Shown: in pieces, positions 29,091 through 43,125 of the stretch
Position numbering within the stretch: position 1 is the stretch's first letter
Layout: the number at the start of each line of letters is the position of its first letter
Assembly (NCBI GenBank): GCA_031370005.1
Contig: JANMPT010000063.1
Span: 1-64,000 of the forward strand
Direction of reading: 5' to 3'
From: Bdellovibrionales bacterium
GTDB taxonomy: Bacteria; Bdellovibrionota; Bdellovibrionia; Bdellovibrionales; Bdellovibrionaceae
DNA length: 64,000 nucleotides
The notes under the pieces: generated by a model
Told to the model about the DNA's origin: nothing
Database searches by the model: none
The model's input: only the letters and a program-made list of their open reading frames with translations
Translations under genes and position numbers: made by a program

Positions 29091-29786
29091 TTAGTGATCG
29101 TGCGCCGTTGCGAATGCTACGTACACCATAGACAATAATGTAAAAACAAAGGCCTGAACAAAAGCCACAAACAATCCTAAAATATAGAATGGAAGTGGTG
29201 CCCCAATTGGGACTAAATCTAGAAAAACGGATACCACAATGTGATCACCCATCATAACGTTCGCCAATCGAAGCCCCAAGCTAAATGGGCGAACCATATG
29301 AGACACTAATTCAATTACAAACATCAAGGGTGCCAAAAAAATAACCGGCCCCATGAAATGTCTCAAATAACCAAAAAAGCCATTTTCTCTGATACCAAGA
29401 GTATTATAGGAAAGAAACATAAAAAAGCCCATGGCGAACGTCGTGTTGATGTTTTCAGTTGCAGGCGTCATGCCAGGAATTATACCCACCAAGTTGTTCA
29501 TGAATATGAAGAAAAAAACTGCCGCAAACATTGGCGTAAAATGACGACCCTGTTGGCCAATTACTGTATCCACGAGGCTCGTGATAAACTCTGTGGTGAG
29601 TTCTAAAATTCCACGAAGAGACACTTTGCCCGCTGGGATAACTGCAGATTCGCCCTTACCAAGAGATGCGCGACCAAGTATCCCAACAAAAACCAACGCA
29701 AGACTTGCAATCGCAAATGTTGCAACCGCCACCTTATCGTGGTCATGACCTACTTGTGGAATTAGCTGTGTCCAGTTAAACGCCAT
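29091..29786 (-). CDS. atpB: ATP synthase Fo subunit a
   Basis: RPFSLGLRLANVM, VQAFVFTLL. Confidence 0.96.
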   Translation of the reverse strand: MAFNWTQLIPQVGHDHDKVAVATFAIASLALVFVGILGRASLGKGESAVIPAGKVSLRGILELTTEFITSLVDTVIGQQGRHFTPMFAAVFFFIFMNNLVGIIPGMTPATENINTTFAMGFFMFLSYNTLGIRENGFFGYLRHFMGPVIFLAPLMFVIELVSHMVRPFSLGLRLANVMMGDHIVVSVFLDLVPIGAPLPFYILGLFVAFVQAFVFTLLSMVYVAFATAHDH

Positions 29787-29789
29787 TTT

Positions 29790-30152
29790 TTACTCTTCTT
29801 TAAGTTCGTCTTTAGGTTCAAACAAATTTAACGTTAATCCATAAATCAAAGAAGCCATCATCATACTCGCAACACCCGCAGCAAACCAAATAGGCTGCAG
29901 CCAGCTTTGCTTCGCCACTATATAAATAATGATTCCTAAAATCGCGTACTTAAATACAATGACTAGAGCTGACAGGGCAATCAGTTTTTTACGAAAAACT
30001 AAATTCCATCCAGATCCTAACAAAATAAAATTCCCTGTAACTATGAGTGCTCCTGCCGAATAAGACCAAACCTCGTGGTATGTCCCACGGAGCAGCAAAA
30101 AAACGCTTCCTAAAATACCTATAAATACTTGAAATGTAAGAACTCTTTTCAT
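29790..30152 (-). CDS. atpI: ATP synthase protein I-like membrane protein
   Basis: Four TM helices; upstream of atpB. Confidence 0.7.
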   Translation of the reverse strand: MKRVLTFQVFIGILGSVFLLLRGTYHEVWSYSAGALIVTGNFILLGSGWNLVFRKKLIALSALVIVFKYAILGIIIYIVAKQSWLQPIWFAAGVASMMMASLIYGLTLNLFEPKDELKEE

Positions 30153-30367
30153 TATTCAGCCTTGTCATCAGGGTCGTCTTTTTGGAGTCGCCGTAGCAGC
30201 ATGATCATGTGCAACAGCCAGCTAAAGAGTCCAATAAACATCAATGCAACTAATCCAAAACCTTTTGTTTGATAGGTTTGGTCAATCATCTGCCCCAAAT
30301 AAATGCACGCCAGCATAATTCCGACAAGTTCAAAGCCCATAGAGGTAAAAATTAGGTATTTATTCAC
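30152..30367 (-). CDS. AtpZ/AtpI-family small membrane protein
   Basis: GFEL...YLGQMID...T pattern with 2 TM helices; atp context. Confidence 0.8.
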   Translation of the reverse strand: MNKYLIFTSMGFELVGIMLACIYLGQMIDQTYQTKGFGLVALMFIGLFSWLLHMIMLLRRLQKDDPDDKAE

Positions 30368-31167
30368 TACTTTCTAAGCCCCCGTGCTCCCGGCCGATTT
30401 TTCTGACGATCTCTTAGTCGTTTAATTCGAATCTCAATATACTCTGGCTGTGCATATTTGTCCTTCACAGACTCTAGTGTCTTTATGGCTTCAGCAAAAC
30501 TATCATTCTCTTCATAACAAACTGCTAACGTTTGATAAACATTTTCCTGCAAAGATTTTTTTGGGAATGAACTGGTCACTTTTTTTAAAATCTCAATCGC
30601 CTTCGGGTATTCTTTGAGAGCAATATATATATTGCTCTTCAGAACTAATGCTGAAAATTTTTCGTCGTCGTCAACATGCAACTTTAATAGATCGTCAAGC
30701 TCGCTATGGGCTTGAAAAAAATTATTCTGATAATAGTTTGCGCGTGCGATATCGAGCTTATAACGTGCAATTTGCACATCGGATTCGCTGTCGCTAATTA
30801 GTTTGTTCAACTCAATGATGGCTTTGTCATAATTTTGGAGCTGATCAAAATAAGTCGAAGCCAGTTGTTTTTGCGCGCTCAGTCTTTCGTCAGGATCTTT
30901 CGAGTGAAGAACAAGAAACTGATAGTACTTAACGGCTCGCTTATAGTCTTTGACTTCAAGAGATGCCAGGCGAGCTCCATCTCGGGCAGACTTAACAGCA
31001 TACTCGCTATCAGGTGCTCGCTTCATGACTCGATCTATGCTTGAAAGCGCACTCCTGAAGTGACCTAAGGATATTTCTCGCTGAGACTCTTTATAGTCCT
31101 TGGCTTCGGGGGGCGAGCAAGCAGTAAAGCCCAGGGCCATGCCTGCAATCAGCACCAATTTAAACAT
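30367..31167 (-). CDS. TPR lipoprotein
   Basis: MFKLVLIAGMALGFTAC lipobox; multiple TPR repeats. Confidence 0.82.
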   Translation of the reverse strand: MFKLVLIAGMALGFTACSPPEAKDYKESQREISLGHFRSALSSIDRVMKRAPDSEYAVKSARDGARLASLEVKDYKRAVKYYQFLVLHSKDPDERLSAQKQLASTYFDQLQNYDKAIIELNKLISDSESDVQIARYKLDIARANYYQNNFFQAHSELDDLLKLHVDDDEKFSALVLKSNIYIALKEYPKAIEILKKVTSSFPKKSLQENVYQTLAVCYEENDSFAEAIKTLESVKDKYAQPEYIEIRIKRLRDRQKNRPGARGLRK

Positions 31168-31168
31168 T

Positions 31169-33634
31169 TTAATGAACTTCCTCACCAGCAGCATCTTCGT
31201 CATCAACGACTGCAAGGCTTGTTACCTTTTCTTCTTTTTCAGAAAGATTAATTAAACGCACTCCTTGCGTATTTCTGCCAAGAACAGAGATATCGGAAAC
31301 CTTCATTCGAATATTTTGACCTTTATCTGTCGATAAAATCACTTCTTGAGTCGCCCTTACCTTACGCGTGCCAACTACTAATCCAACTTTATCTGTAGTT
31401 TTTTGAGTGATTATACCAACTCCGCCGCGGCTCTGTATGCGATACTCTTCAAGCTCTGTTCGTTTACCATAGCCAAACTGAGTCACCATCAATATAGTGT
31501 CTTTATTTCCTTTTTCAAAAACTTCCATTCCAATTACGATATCATCCTTTGCTAGTGTCATTCCTTTTACGCCGCGAGCTGTGCGCCCCATGCCACGCAC
31601 ATCTGCTTCGTTAAATCGAATCGACATACCTTCTTTTGTGGCAATAAAAATATCGCTAGATCCGTCTGAAATTTTACAATCAATAATGGCATCGTCTAAA
31701 TCCGTTGTAAGGGCGATAACGCCAGCTACACGTTGATTTGAAAATGAATCCAAGGAGGTCTTTTTAATAATTCCACGCTCCGTCAACATAACAATGTATT
31801 TATTTTCTGCAAATTGATCAATCGGCAGAATAGATCGAACTTTTTCGTTCGCAGAAAGCTGAACCACATTGGCAATTGCTTTCCCCTTTGAGGTTCTTGT
31901 ACCCAACGGCAGCTTATGCACTTTGCACCAATAAACTTTTCCTTTGTCAGTGAAAACAAGAAGCATAGTTTTCATGCTGGTGGTGAAGATATTATTTACA
32001 TAGTCTTCTTCTTTGGTTTCCATCCCCTTAAGGCCTTTGCCGCCGCGCTTTTGCACCCGATATTCCTCGGTTGGGATACGCTTGATATAACCAGTGTTCG
32101 TAATGGTCACAACCATGGACTCATCTGAGATTAAGTCTTCATCTTCGATATCTGTCAAATCGCCCGTAATTTGCGTGCGTCGTGGATCCGCGTATCTTTT
32201 TCTGATATCTTCGAGCTCTCCCATGATAATTTTGTAAATCTCGCGAACGTCGGCAAGGACCATTTTGAGCCAGTTAATTTCTTTCTCTAGCTCTGCAAGC
32301 TCAGCCAATATTTTATCTCTCTCAAGTCCTGTCAAGCGTTGCAAACGCATTTCAAGAATGGCTTGTGCTTGACGCTCACTGAAGTCAAACTTCGCCATCA
32401 GAGCTTCTCTAGCTGTGTTGGCTTCTTTAGAGGCTTTTATTGTCGCGATAACTTCATCAATACGATCAAGAGCCATTTTAAGGCCCTCTAAGATGTGCGC
32501 TCGTTCTTGAGCCTTCTTAAGTTCAAAAATACACCGCTTTGTAACCACATCTCTGCGATGATCAACAAAAGCTTCAAGCATATTCTTAAGATTAAAGGTC
32601 ACTGGTTGGTTCTTAGAGTCCAATGCTAACATGATGATACCAAAGCTTATTTGCATCTGAGTATATTTGTATAAGCGATTTAAAATCACACTTGCATTTT
32701 CTTGACGCTTAAGAATGATTACAATACGCATTCCTTCGCGAGAGGATTCGTCCCGAATATCAGAGATGCCTTCAATTTGCTTATCGCGTACAAGATCTGC
32801 AATGCTTTCAATTAATTTTGCTTTGTTCACTTGATAAGGAATTTCGCTGATAATAATTTCTTCGCGGTCCTTATCTTTTCCTGGAACAATTTCAGCTACG
32901 GCCTTTAGTGAAATGACGCCTCGGCCTTTTTTATATGCCTGAAGGATTCCTTCGCGACCAGCAATAACTCCCGAAGAGGGAAAGTCTGGTCCTTTTATGT
33001 GGACCATTAGGTCGTCAATTGTGCACTCTGGGTTGTTGATAACATGAATACATCCGTCGATTACTTCGCCTAGATTATGCGGAGGAATATTTGTTGCCAT
33101 TCCAACGGCAATTCCAGAGGATCCGTTCACTAAAAGATTTGGGTACTTCGCGGGAAGTACGAGTGGGATTTGAAGCGAATCATCGTAGTTTGGACCGAAG
33201 GCCACAGTTTCTTTATCTAGGTCATTTAAAAGCTCTTCCGCAAGACGAGTCATACGTACTTCGGTGTAACGAGAAGCTGCCGCATTATCTCCATCTATGG
33301 AACCGAAATTTCCTTGACCATCTACAAGCGGATAGCGGAGTGAGAAATTTTGAGCCATACGAACCATCGTTTCGTATACTGCAACATCTCCGTGAGGATG
33401 GTATTTACCAATAACATCACCAACCACCCTGGCCGATTTTTTATATGGTTTGTCGTGAGTATTGCTAAGTTCATGCTGCGCAAATAAAATACGGCGATGT
33501 ACTGGCTTTAATCCATCGCGGACATCTGGCAATGCACGTCCGACAATTACTGACATTGAGTATTGAAGATAGGCCTCGCGCATTTCTTTATTAATGTCGA
33601 CGAGAGTAACGCCTTTTTCTTGAGTATTATCCAT
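31169..33634 (-). CDS. gyrA: DNA gyrase subunit A
   Basis: [25 protein letters not shown], GyrA-box QKRGGKG. Confidence 0.98.
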   Translation of the reverse strand: MDNTQEKGVTLVDINKEMREAYLQYSMSVIVGRALPDVRDGLKPVHRRILFAQHELSNTHDKPYKKSARVVGDVIGKYHPHGDVAVYETMVRMAQNFSLRYPLVDGQGNFGSIDGDNAAASRYTEVRMTRLAEELLNDLDKETVAFGPNYDDSLQIPLVLPAKYPNLLVNGSSGIAVGMATNIPPHNLGEVIDGCIHVINNPECTIDDLMVHIKGPDFPSSGVIAGREGILQAYKKGRGVISLKAVAEIVPGKDKDREEIIISEIPYQVNKAKLIESIADLVRDKQIEGISDIRDESSREGMRIVIILKRQENASVILNRLYKYTQMQISFGIIMLALDSKNQPVTFNLKNMLEAFVDHRRDVVTKRCIFELKKAQERAHILEGLKMALDRIDEVIATIKASKEANTAREALMAKFDFSERQAQAILEMRLQRLTGLERDKILAELAELEKEINWLKMVLADVREIYKIIMGELEDIRKRYADPRRTQITGDLTDIEDEDLISDESMVVTITNTGYIKRIPTEEYRVQKRGGKGLKGMETKEEDYVNNIFTTSMKTMLLVFTDKGKVYWCKVHKLPLGTRTSKGKAIANVVQLSANEKVRSILPIDQFAENKYIVMLTERGIIKKTSLDSFSNQRVAGVIALTTDLDDAIIDCKISDGSSDIFIATKEGMSIRFNEADVRGMGRTARGVKGMTLAKDDIVIGMEVFEKGNKDTILMVTQFGYGKRTELEEYRIQSRGGVGIITQKTTDKVGLVVGTRKVRATQEVILSTDKGQNIRMKVSDISVLGRNTQGVRLINLSEKEEKVTSLAVVDDEDAAGEEVH

Positions 33635-33666
33635 AATTCACCAATTCAAAAAACAAATTATTTATA

Positions 33667-37249
<3,583 letters not shown>

Positions 37250-37250
<1 letters not shown>

Positions 37251-38356
37251 CAAATTCTCATCGGCATAAGTACGCATGTAAAAGTTGAATCGTTATGAGG
37301 CCTCACTAATCCTGGAGAAAGATTATCGTTCAATTCAAAATCAATATTCTCTTCTGTCATGCTATTTAATATATCCGTTATGAACTTAGCATTAAAACCA
37401 ATCTTCATTTCATTTCCTTTATACTCAACTTCAATTTCTTCTTTAGCGTCACCTAACTCTGGGTTGTTAGAAGAAATTTCCATTTTTCCGTGGGTAAGAT
37501 TTAAAAGCACCGCTTTTGATTTTTGATTTGCTAATAAAGAAACTCGTTTCAATGAAGTAAGAAAATGGGCCCTATTTATTTGAACTTTTTGTGTTAAATT
37601 TTGTGGAATAAATTGTTTATAATTCGGGTATTTTCCCTCTATCAAACGAACCATTAATATTGCGGAAAATATTTTCATAATAAACTGTGAACCCTCTATG
37701 GCGATTTCAATAGATCCATCGGCGGTCTCTAGAAGTTTTTTTATTTCTCCAAGACCTTTACGAGGTATAATGACTCCAGGAGATGGATTTACCTTAACTT
37801 CACTCTGTGTTCGATTAACAATACTCATTCTGTGGCCATCTGTAGCCACCATTCTAAATCCTGTGTCCCCCGTAATTTCAAAATAAACGCCGTTCAGATG
37901 GTAGCGTGTTTCATCAGTAGAAATACTAAAAATTGTTTTATCAATCATTTCTTTCAATACCTTTGCTTGCACGCTAATAAACGATTGAGTGTTGTGTGTA
38001 GGGAAAATCGGATATTCATCTGCACTAATTCCAACGATTTTAGAAACGTATTTTCCTTGTTTAATTTCTAGCCAATTATTTTCTTTTTTTGTAAATTGAA
38101 TTAACCCCTCTGAAAGCTCCTTAGTTATATCGAATAAACATTTTGCGCTTACAGCAACCTTACCCGCTTGTATAAGTTTAATTTTAATTTGGTCTGTTAA
38201 ACTTACCTCTAAATCAGTTGCGAATACTCTAAGTAAATCGTTTTCCGCATCTAAAAGAATATTTACAAGAATCGGCATTGTATTTCTTTTTTCTACAATA
38301 TTTTGAGTTTTTCCGATTAAAACAAGTAAATCTTTTTTTTCTATTTCGAACTTCAT
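37250..38356 (-). CDS. dnaN: DNA polymerase III beta clamp
   Basis: ATDLE, RYHLNG, ATDGHR, VLMPMR; start at ATG 38356 with GAGG RBS. Confidence 0.97.
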
Positions 38357-38585
38357 GAGTACCTCATATTTAAATTTTATATATCCTAATACTATATATA
38401 TAAATACTAGTAGTAGTAGTAGGAGTGTGGATAATTTCAAATACCACTTAAGTTATCAAAATAATTTAAGTTTCCCCGTGGATAAAGTAAGTTCAAACAG
38501 CAGCTGAGTTTTTCGCAATTTGTGGGAAAGTAATATACACAATTTTATCCGCAAGCTTTTCCACGACTTTATCCACAATCCACAT
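38357..38585. other. Chromosomal replication origin oriC
   Basis: Perfect DnaA boxes TGTGGATAA (38426-38434) and TTATCCACA (38569-38577); near-consensus boxes at 38477, 38521, 38533, 38545 and 38557; (TAG)5 DnaA-trios at 38408-38422; AT-rich tract at about 38367-38407. Confidence 0.93.
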
Positions 38586-40007
38586 TCACACTCCTGTGAT
38601 ATTGTGGATTCTTTGCTCCAACTCCTCGATATCTTTCATAAGATCTTGATCTGTTGCCTGTAGATGAACAACTCTTTGAAGTGCATTCATCACAGTTGTG
38701 TGATCTTTGCCGCCAAACGCTTTTCCAATATCTACAAGAGACCTATCTAAAAACTTTTTAATTAAATACATTGCAATTTGACGAGGGACAACTATCGGCT
38801 TTGCGCGTGTGCTTGATTTAAGATCTGTAATTTTAACTTTAAAATGATCCGCAACGAGTTTTTGTATTTCTTCAAGTGAAATCGTTGACTGACTTTCGTG
38901 GTGAGAAAGAATTTTTTTAACTAAATCATAATCAATACTAAGTCCTTGCAACTCAGAATATATTTTTACTTTTTTAAGATTACCCTCAAGTTCACGAATC
39001 GATCTCTTAGAAATTCGAGCGATATGATGAGCCACATCTTCAGGCATGCGAATACCAAATTTTTCTGCTTTATATCTAAGTATAGCAATTCGCGTTTCAA
39101 GGTCCGGCATTGTAATATCAGCAATTAATCCACGCTCAAGACGGGTGCGGCTACGATCCTCTAAACCTAAAATATCTCTCGGCATACGATCACTAGCTAA
39201 AATGACCTGTTTTTTGCGATCAATGAAGTTATTTATAGTGTGGAAAAACTCTTCCTGAACAGCTTCCCCGCGGCCAATATATTGAACGTCATCAACAAGC
39301 AAAATGTCAGAGTTTTCCCGATATTTTTGACGAAACTTATCCATTTGATGATGTCTAAGGGCGGCGACACACTCATTTAAGAAACGTTCTGCAGAGATAT
39401 AAGTTATTCTAAGCTGAGGAAATTGTTCACGAATATAGTTTCCAGCCGCATTTAAAAGATGGGTTTTACCCATTCCGACGGGTCCAAATATATATAATGG
39501 ATTATAGTCATCGGCTCCCGGGTTCCTCGCAACATTAAAGCAGGCCGCATGTGCGAACTCTGAATTTTTTCCAACAACAAAAGTAGAAAAAGTTAATTCA
39601 ATATTTAAAAAATCAGACGTGGCTTTTTGAGCATTAAATTGAGTACTTTGAATAGTCGGAGTATTCGTACGTAAATGAGCCTGTTCATTGGCATGAATAG
39701 CCTCGTCCAAGGCTAAAGGGTTTTCAGGAGGAAGAGGCGGCTTGTTTCCTGTTATTACGAATTCAACCTCAAATGGAGACTTGTAATTATCTGAAATCTC
39801 AGAATAAATTTGATCCTGCAGGTTTTGAGTGACATAGTATTGGTGCAGGGCGTTAGGAACTCCAAGCATAATACGAGGGCGCTCTGAAGTGCCTCCAGTG
39901 GATAGATACTCAATTGGATCCAGCCAGGTTTCCAAGTATTTATTGTTCATATTACGGCTTTTCATCTTTGTTTTGATGTGAGCCCAAAACGAATTATTAA
40001 TATCCAC
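38586..40007 (-). CDS. dnaA: Chromosomal replication initiator DnaA
   Basis: YNPLYIFGPVGMGKTHL, DDVQ, IRELEG, RQIAMYL, GGKDHTTV. Confidence 0.98.
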   Translation of the reverse strand: MDINNSFWAHIKTKMKSRNMNNKYLETWLDPIEYLSTGGTSERPRIMLGVPNALHQYYVTQNLQDQIYSEISDNYKSPFEVEFVITGNKPPLPPENPLALDEAIHANEQAHLRTNTPTIQSTQFNAQKATSDFLNIELTFSTFVVGKNSEFAHAACFNVARNPGADDYNPLYIFGPVGMGKTHLLNAAGNYIREQFPQLRITYISAERFLNECVAALRHHQMDKFRQKYRENSDILLVDDVQYIGRGEAVQEEFFHTINNFIDRKKQVILASDRMPRDILGLEDRSRTRLERGLIADITMPDLETRIAILRYKAEKFGIRMPEDVAHHIARISKRSIRELEGNLKKVKIYSELQGLSIDYDLVKKILSHHESQSTISLEEIQKLVADHFKVKITDLKSSTRAKPIVVPRQIAMYLIKKFLDRSLVDIGKAFGGKDHTTVMNALQRVVHLQATDQDLMKDIEELEQRIHNITGV

Positions 40008-40206
40008 GTAACAGACCCCTACTTTCGAGCCGAAGCCCCTGCGGGCGCGTGTTCATAATTAGAGCAGAAACGCCAAAAAACCTTTAGCAGGGCCTGTTAA
40101 GGTTTTCAACAGTTGACCTTATTGCTGCATTGTGATTAATTCGGCAGCCACCTGTAGGTGGTAGACGTCCCAAAGCGTCAAAAATGTGTTTCACTAGGAG
40201 TTGAAA

Positions 40207-40356
40207 ATGAAACGTACATATCAACCAAGCAATCGTCGTCGAAAAAGTACTCACGGTTTTAGAGCAAGAATGGCAACAAAAGCGGGACAAGATGTCATTT
40301 CTCGTCGACGCGCAAAAGGAAGAAAACGTTTAACGGTTTCAACTGGTGGAAAGTAG
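40207..40356 (+). CDS. rpmH: 50S ribosomal protein L34
   Basis: Hand translation [49 protein letters not shown] (49 aa, below the ORF-track cutoff); AGGAG RBS. Confidence 0.98.
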   Translation: MKRTYQPSNRRRKSTHGFRARMATKAGQDVISRRRAKGRKRLTVSTGGK

Positions 40357-40717
40357 CAAACCTGTTGTAATTAGACGCAGTTCCGAATTTCTCTCACTCA
40401 AAAAGACTGGAAGAAGAGTCTGGCCAACGAAGTGGCTTCTTTTGAATTACTCCAATATAGAACAAATGGGTTTGAAGTATGGAGTTACAGCGAGTCGCAA
40501 AGTGGGCTCTGCTGTGGTTCGAAATAAATTAAAACGCTGGGTGCGGGAATACTTTAGGAGCCTCGATACAGGGCCTAACCAAATAAGGACGCCAATTGAC
40601 GCATCCATCAACATCATTTTTAAACCAATTGACCAGGGTTTTTATAAAGGACTCAAATTTGAGGAATTTAAAAAAGCAATGGATATTGGTCTCGAGACAC
40701 TTAGAAAATCTGCCTAA
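40346..40717 (+). CDS. rnpA: RNase P protein component
   Basis: [23 protein letters not shown]; follows rpmH. Confidence 0.93.
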   Translation: MESSKPVVIRRSSEFLSLKKTGRRVWPTKWLLLNYSNIEQMGLKYGVTASRKVGSAVVRNKLKRWVREYFRSLDTGPNQIRTPIDASINIIFKPIDQGFYKGLKFEEFKKAMDIGLETLRKSA

Positions 40718-40961
40718 GATCTTCATTTTACTATTCGTCGGCGCCTATCGAACAATTGGAACGACTCATATGGGTGGCGTCTGCCGCTTCACGCCGAGTT
40801 GTTCGGAATACGCCATTGAAGCATTAAAAATGCATGGTTTTTTCTTTGCGGTAAAGCTTATTACAAAAAGAATTTTGAAATGTCGACCTGGCGGGTCTTG
40901 TGGACACGATCCCGTCCCTGCTTATTCGAATACAGGAGCATCTCATGCAAGAGCAAAATAA
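40686..40961 (+). CDS. yidD: Membrane protein insertion efficiency factor
   Basis: [11 protein letters not shown]...RILKCRP...GHDPVP; start uncertain (TTG 40686 assumed). Confidence 0.9.
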   Translation: MVSRHLENLPKIFILLFVGAYRTIGTTHMGGVCRFTPSCSEYAIEALKMHGFFFAVKLITKRILKCRPGGSCGHDPVPAYSNTGASHARAK

Positions 40962-42549
40962 AGGTTCCTTCTTTGATCCAAAAACTATTCTAGCCGTTGT
41001 TCTTGTTGGGGCTGTCTGGTTTGGTTGGCAAACCTATCTTGCAAAAAAGTACCCGCAGTATAACAAAGCAAAAACAGAAGATGCCGCGATAGTAGGAACG
41101 CCTGGTGTAACGACGACAGCAGCTGCAACAACGACGACATCTGCGATTGAAACGAAAAGCACTTCGACTGTTCAGACTACGGAAAAAGAGTATCAGTACC
41201 AAGATAAAAACATCACATTTATAATTAGTAATCATGGAATGGGCTTGAAGAATGTAACCCTGAATAAGTATACAGATTATGAAAAAAACCCTATCAAATT
41301 AGGGCAATCGGATACGGATTCTTTATTTGAAATGAAACTTACGGCAGAGCGAGCGCCCTTGAGTTTTGAACTTAAAGAGGAGGCCGCAGGCCAATATGTT
41401 GGAGTTGCTCAAGTCGGCCAAAGCACAGTAACACGTACATTGAAATACGATGCGGACAGGCAAGAGTTTAATAGTAGAACCGTAATTGATCATCCTTCTG
41501 AGGAAATCACACAGGGCATTGCCGTAGTTATTCCTGAAAAAATAACAGTTCCAGTAAAAAAATCATGGCTATTTCCGTCGTATTTGCACCAAGATTTTTT
41601 TGTAAAACACAATGGCGGAAAAACGGAGACTGTAAACTTTAGTTCTTCGAAAGAAGATGTGGCGAAGCAATTCGCAGCAGTATCTTTACTATCTGTGAGC
41701 TCTCAGTACTTTGCCGCAGCGATTTTAGACAAGTCGGAAATTATTCCGGAGACTGTTTTGACTTCTAACGTACAGGCAAAGACCGCAAAAGCAGAGCTTA
41801 TTTACAGGCCAGTACTAGCGCAGAATCAGATTGTTCTTGAGCAGATATTATATGCAGGGCCAAAAGCTATAGACATATTAAAAAATATTGATCCAGAGCT
41901 TCCTAGCGTGATTGATCATGGCTTTTTTGCATTTATTGCTCGTCCGCTTCTCTATATCATGAAAGCGTTTCATGGTGCCCTTGGTAACTGGGGCGTTGCA
42001 ATTATTTGCTTAACACTATTGGTTCGACTTTGTGTACTTCCATTTGCAATTATGTCTGCTAAATCAATGAAAGCGATGCAAAAAATTCAGCCTCTGCTGA
42101 AGTCTATACGCGAGAAATACAAAGACGACCCAATGGCTTTGAATCGCGAGACAATGGCCGTGATGAAAGAGCACAAGGCCAATCCAATCGGCGGCTGTCT
42201 TCCTATGCTTCTTCAAATTCCCGTATTCTTTGCTCTCTATCGTGTAATTGGTTCGAGCATTGAGCTCTACCATTCTCCATTTTTCGGATGGATCACGGAC
42301 CTAAGCTCGCCAGATAAATTTTATGTATTGCCTATTTTGATGGGATTAACCATGTTTTTGCAGCAGAAGATGACGCCGACAACGATGGATCCTGCACAAG
42401 CGAAAATCATGGCATTTTTGCCATTGGTTTTTACTCTATTTATGCTTCAACTACCAAGCGGGCTGACCCTATATATGACGGTTAGTGCGATTTTCGGTAT
42501 TGTTCAACAATATATATTTTTAAGAGACACGAAAAAAGTGACTGCCTAG
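40945..42549 (+). CDS. yidC: Membrane protein insertase YidC
   Basis: [36 protein letters not shown]. Confidence 0.97.
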   Translation: MQEQNKGSFFDPKTILAVVLVGAVWFGWQTYLAKKYPQYNKAKTEDAAIVGTPGVTTTAAATTTTSAIETKSTSTVQTTEKEYQYQDKNITFIISNHGMGLKNVTLNKYTDYEKNPIKLGQSDTDSLFEMKLTAERAPLSFELKEEAAGQYVGVAQVGQSTVTRTLKYDADRQEFNSRTVIDHPSEEITQGIAVVIPEKITVPVKKSWLFPSYLHQDFFVKHNGGKTETVNFSSSKEDVAKQFAAVSLLSVSSQYFAAAILDKSEIIPETVLTSNVQAKTAKAELIYRPVLAQNQIVLEQILYAGPKAIDILKNIDPELPSVIDHGFFAFIARPLLYIMKAFHGALGNWGVAIICLTLLVRLCVLPFAIMSAKSMKAMQKIQPLLKSIREKYKDDPMALNRETMAVMKEHKANPIGGCLPMLLQIPVFFALYRVIGSSIELYHSPFFGWITDLSSPDKFYVLPILMGLTMFLQQKMTPTTMDPAQAKIMAFLPLVFTLFMLQLPSGLTLYMTVSAIFGIVQQYIFLRDTKKVTA

Positions 42550-42558
42550 GAGGAAATT

Positions 42559-43122
42559 ATGGCCGGTTTTTTTAGTAAACTGTTTGGTGGCAAAAGCAAA
42601 AATTCTGGTGGCGAAGTAGAAACTCTCGTCCACGAAACATTGACTGGTATTATTGAAAAAGGTCAGTTCAGTTTTTCATTTAAAAGTTCGTACGAAAAAG
42701 AGGCGGATACAGAAGGAGTTTTATCAATTGAACTTTCAGGTCCTGATGAGGAGCTTTTGAAAGATAAAAAGGGCCAATTATTGGATGCGCTTCAACTGTT
42801 TTTGAAACGCGCGGTTCAACATAATTTCCCAGAGGACAAAACTAATATTACTATAGATTGTGGTGGGTATCGAGATGAGTCCTCAGCGGCATTGATCGAA
42901 CGCGCAGAGAACTTAAAAACAATTGCGATTGAGCAAGGGAAGTCAGTTTACTATAGAGCGCTACCCCCAAAAGACCGTAAGGTAGTTCATCAGTATTTGG
43001 CTCAGGATCCTCGTGTTAAAAGCCGCTCTCTTGGAGAAGGTCTTTATAAGAAAATCAAAATTTACCCAGCAAAAGGGGTCAGTAATCCGGGAAATCAAAA
43101 CCACGAATCTGCAGGAGAGTAG
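42559..43122 (+). CDS. jag: Jag/EloR/KhpB-like KH-R3H protein lacking the Jag_N domain
   Basis: Position after yidC; KH-like GQLLDALQ; R3H motif RKVVH. Confidence 0.85.
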   Translation: MAGFFSKLFGGKSKNSGGEVETLVHETLTGIIEKGQFSFSFKSSYEKEADTEGVLSIELSGPDEELLKDKKGQLLDALQLFLKRAVQHNFPEDKTNITIDCGGYRDESSAALIERAENLKTIAIEQGKSVYYRALPPKDRKVVHQYLAQDPRVKSRSLGEGLYKKIKIYPAKGVSNPGNQNHESAGE

Positions 43123-43125
43123 CGC

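Noticed and set aside
38357..38440. Hydrophobic 'signal peptide' MKLSTLLLLLLVF on DnaN
   Set aside because: It is a translation of the oriC DnaA box, trios and DUE; the true start is ATG 38356.
40008..40206. Second origin half (bipartite oriC) upstream of dnaA
   Set aside because: No perfect or one-mismatch DnaA boxes were seen by eye; only weak matches such as TTTTCAACA.
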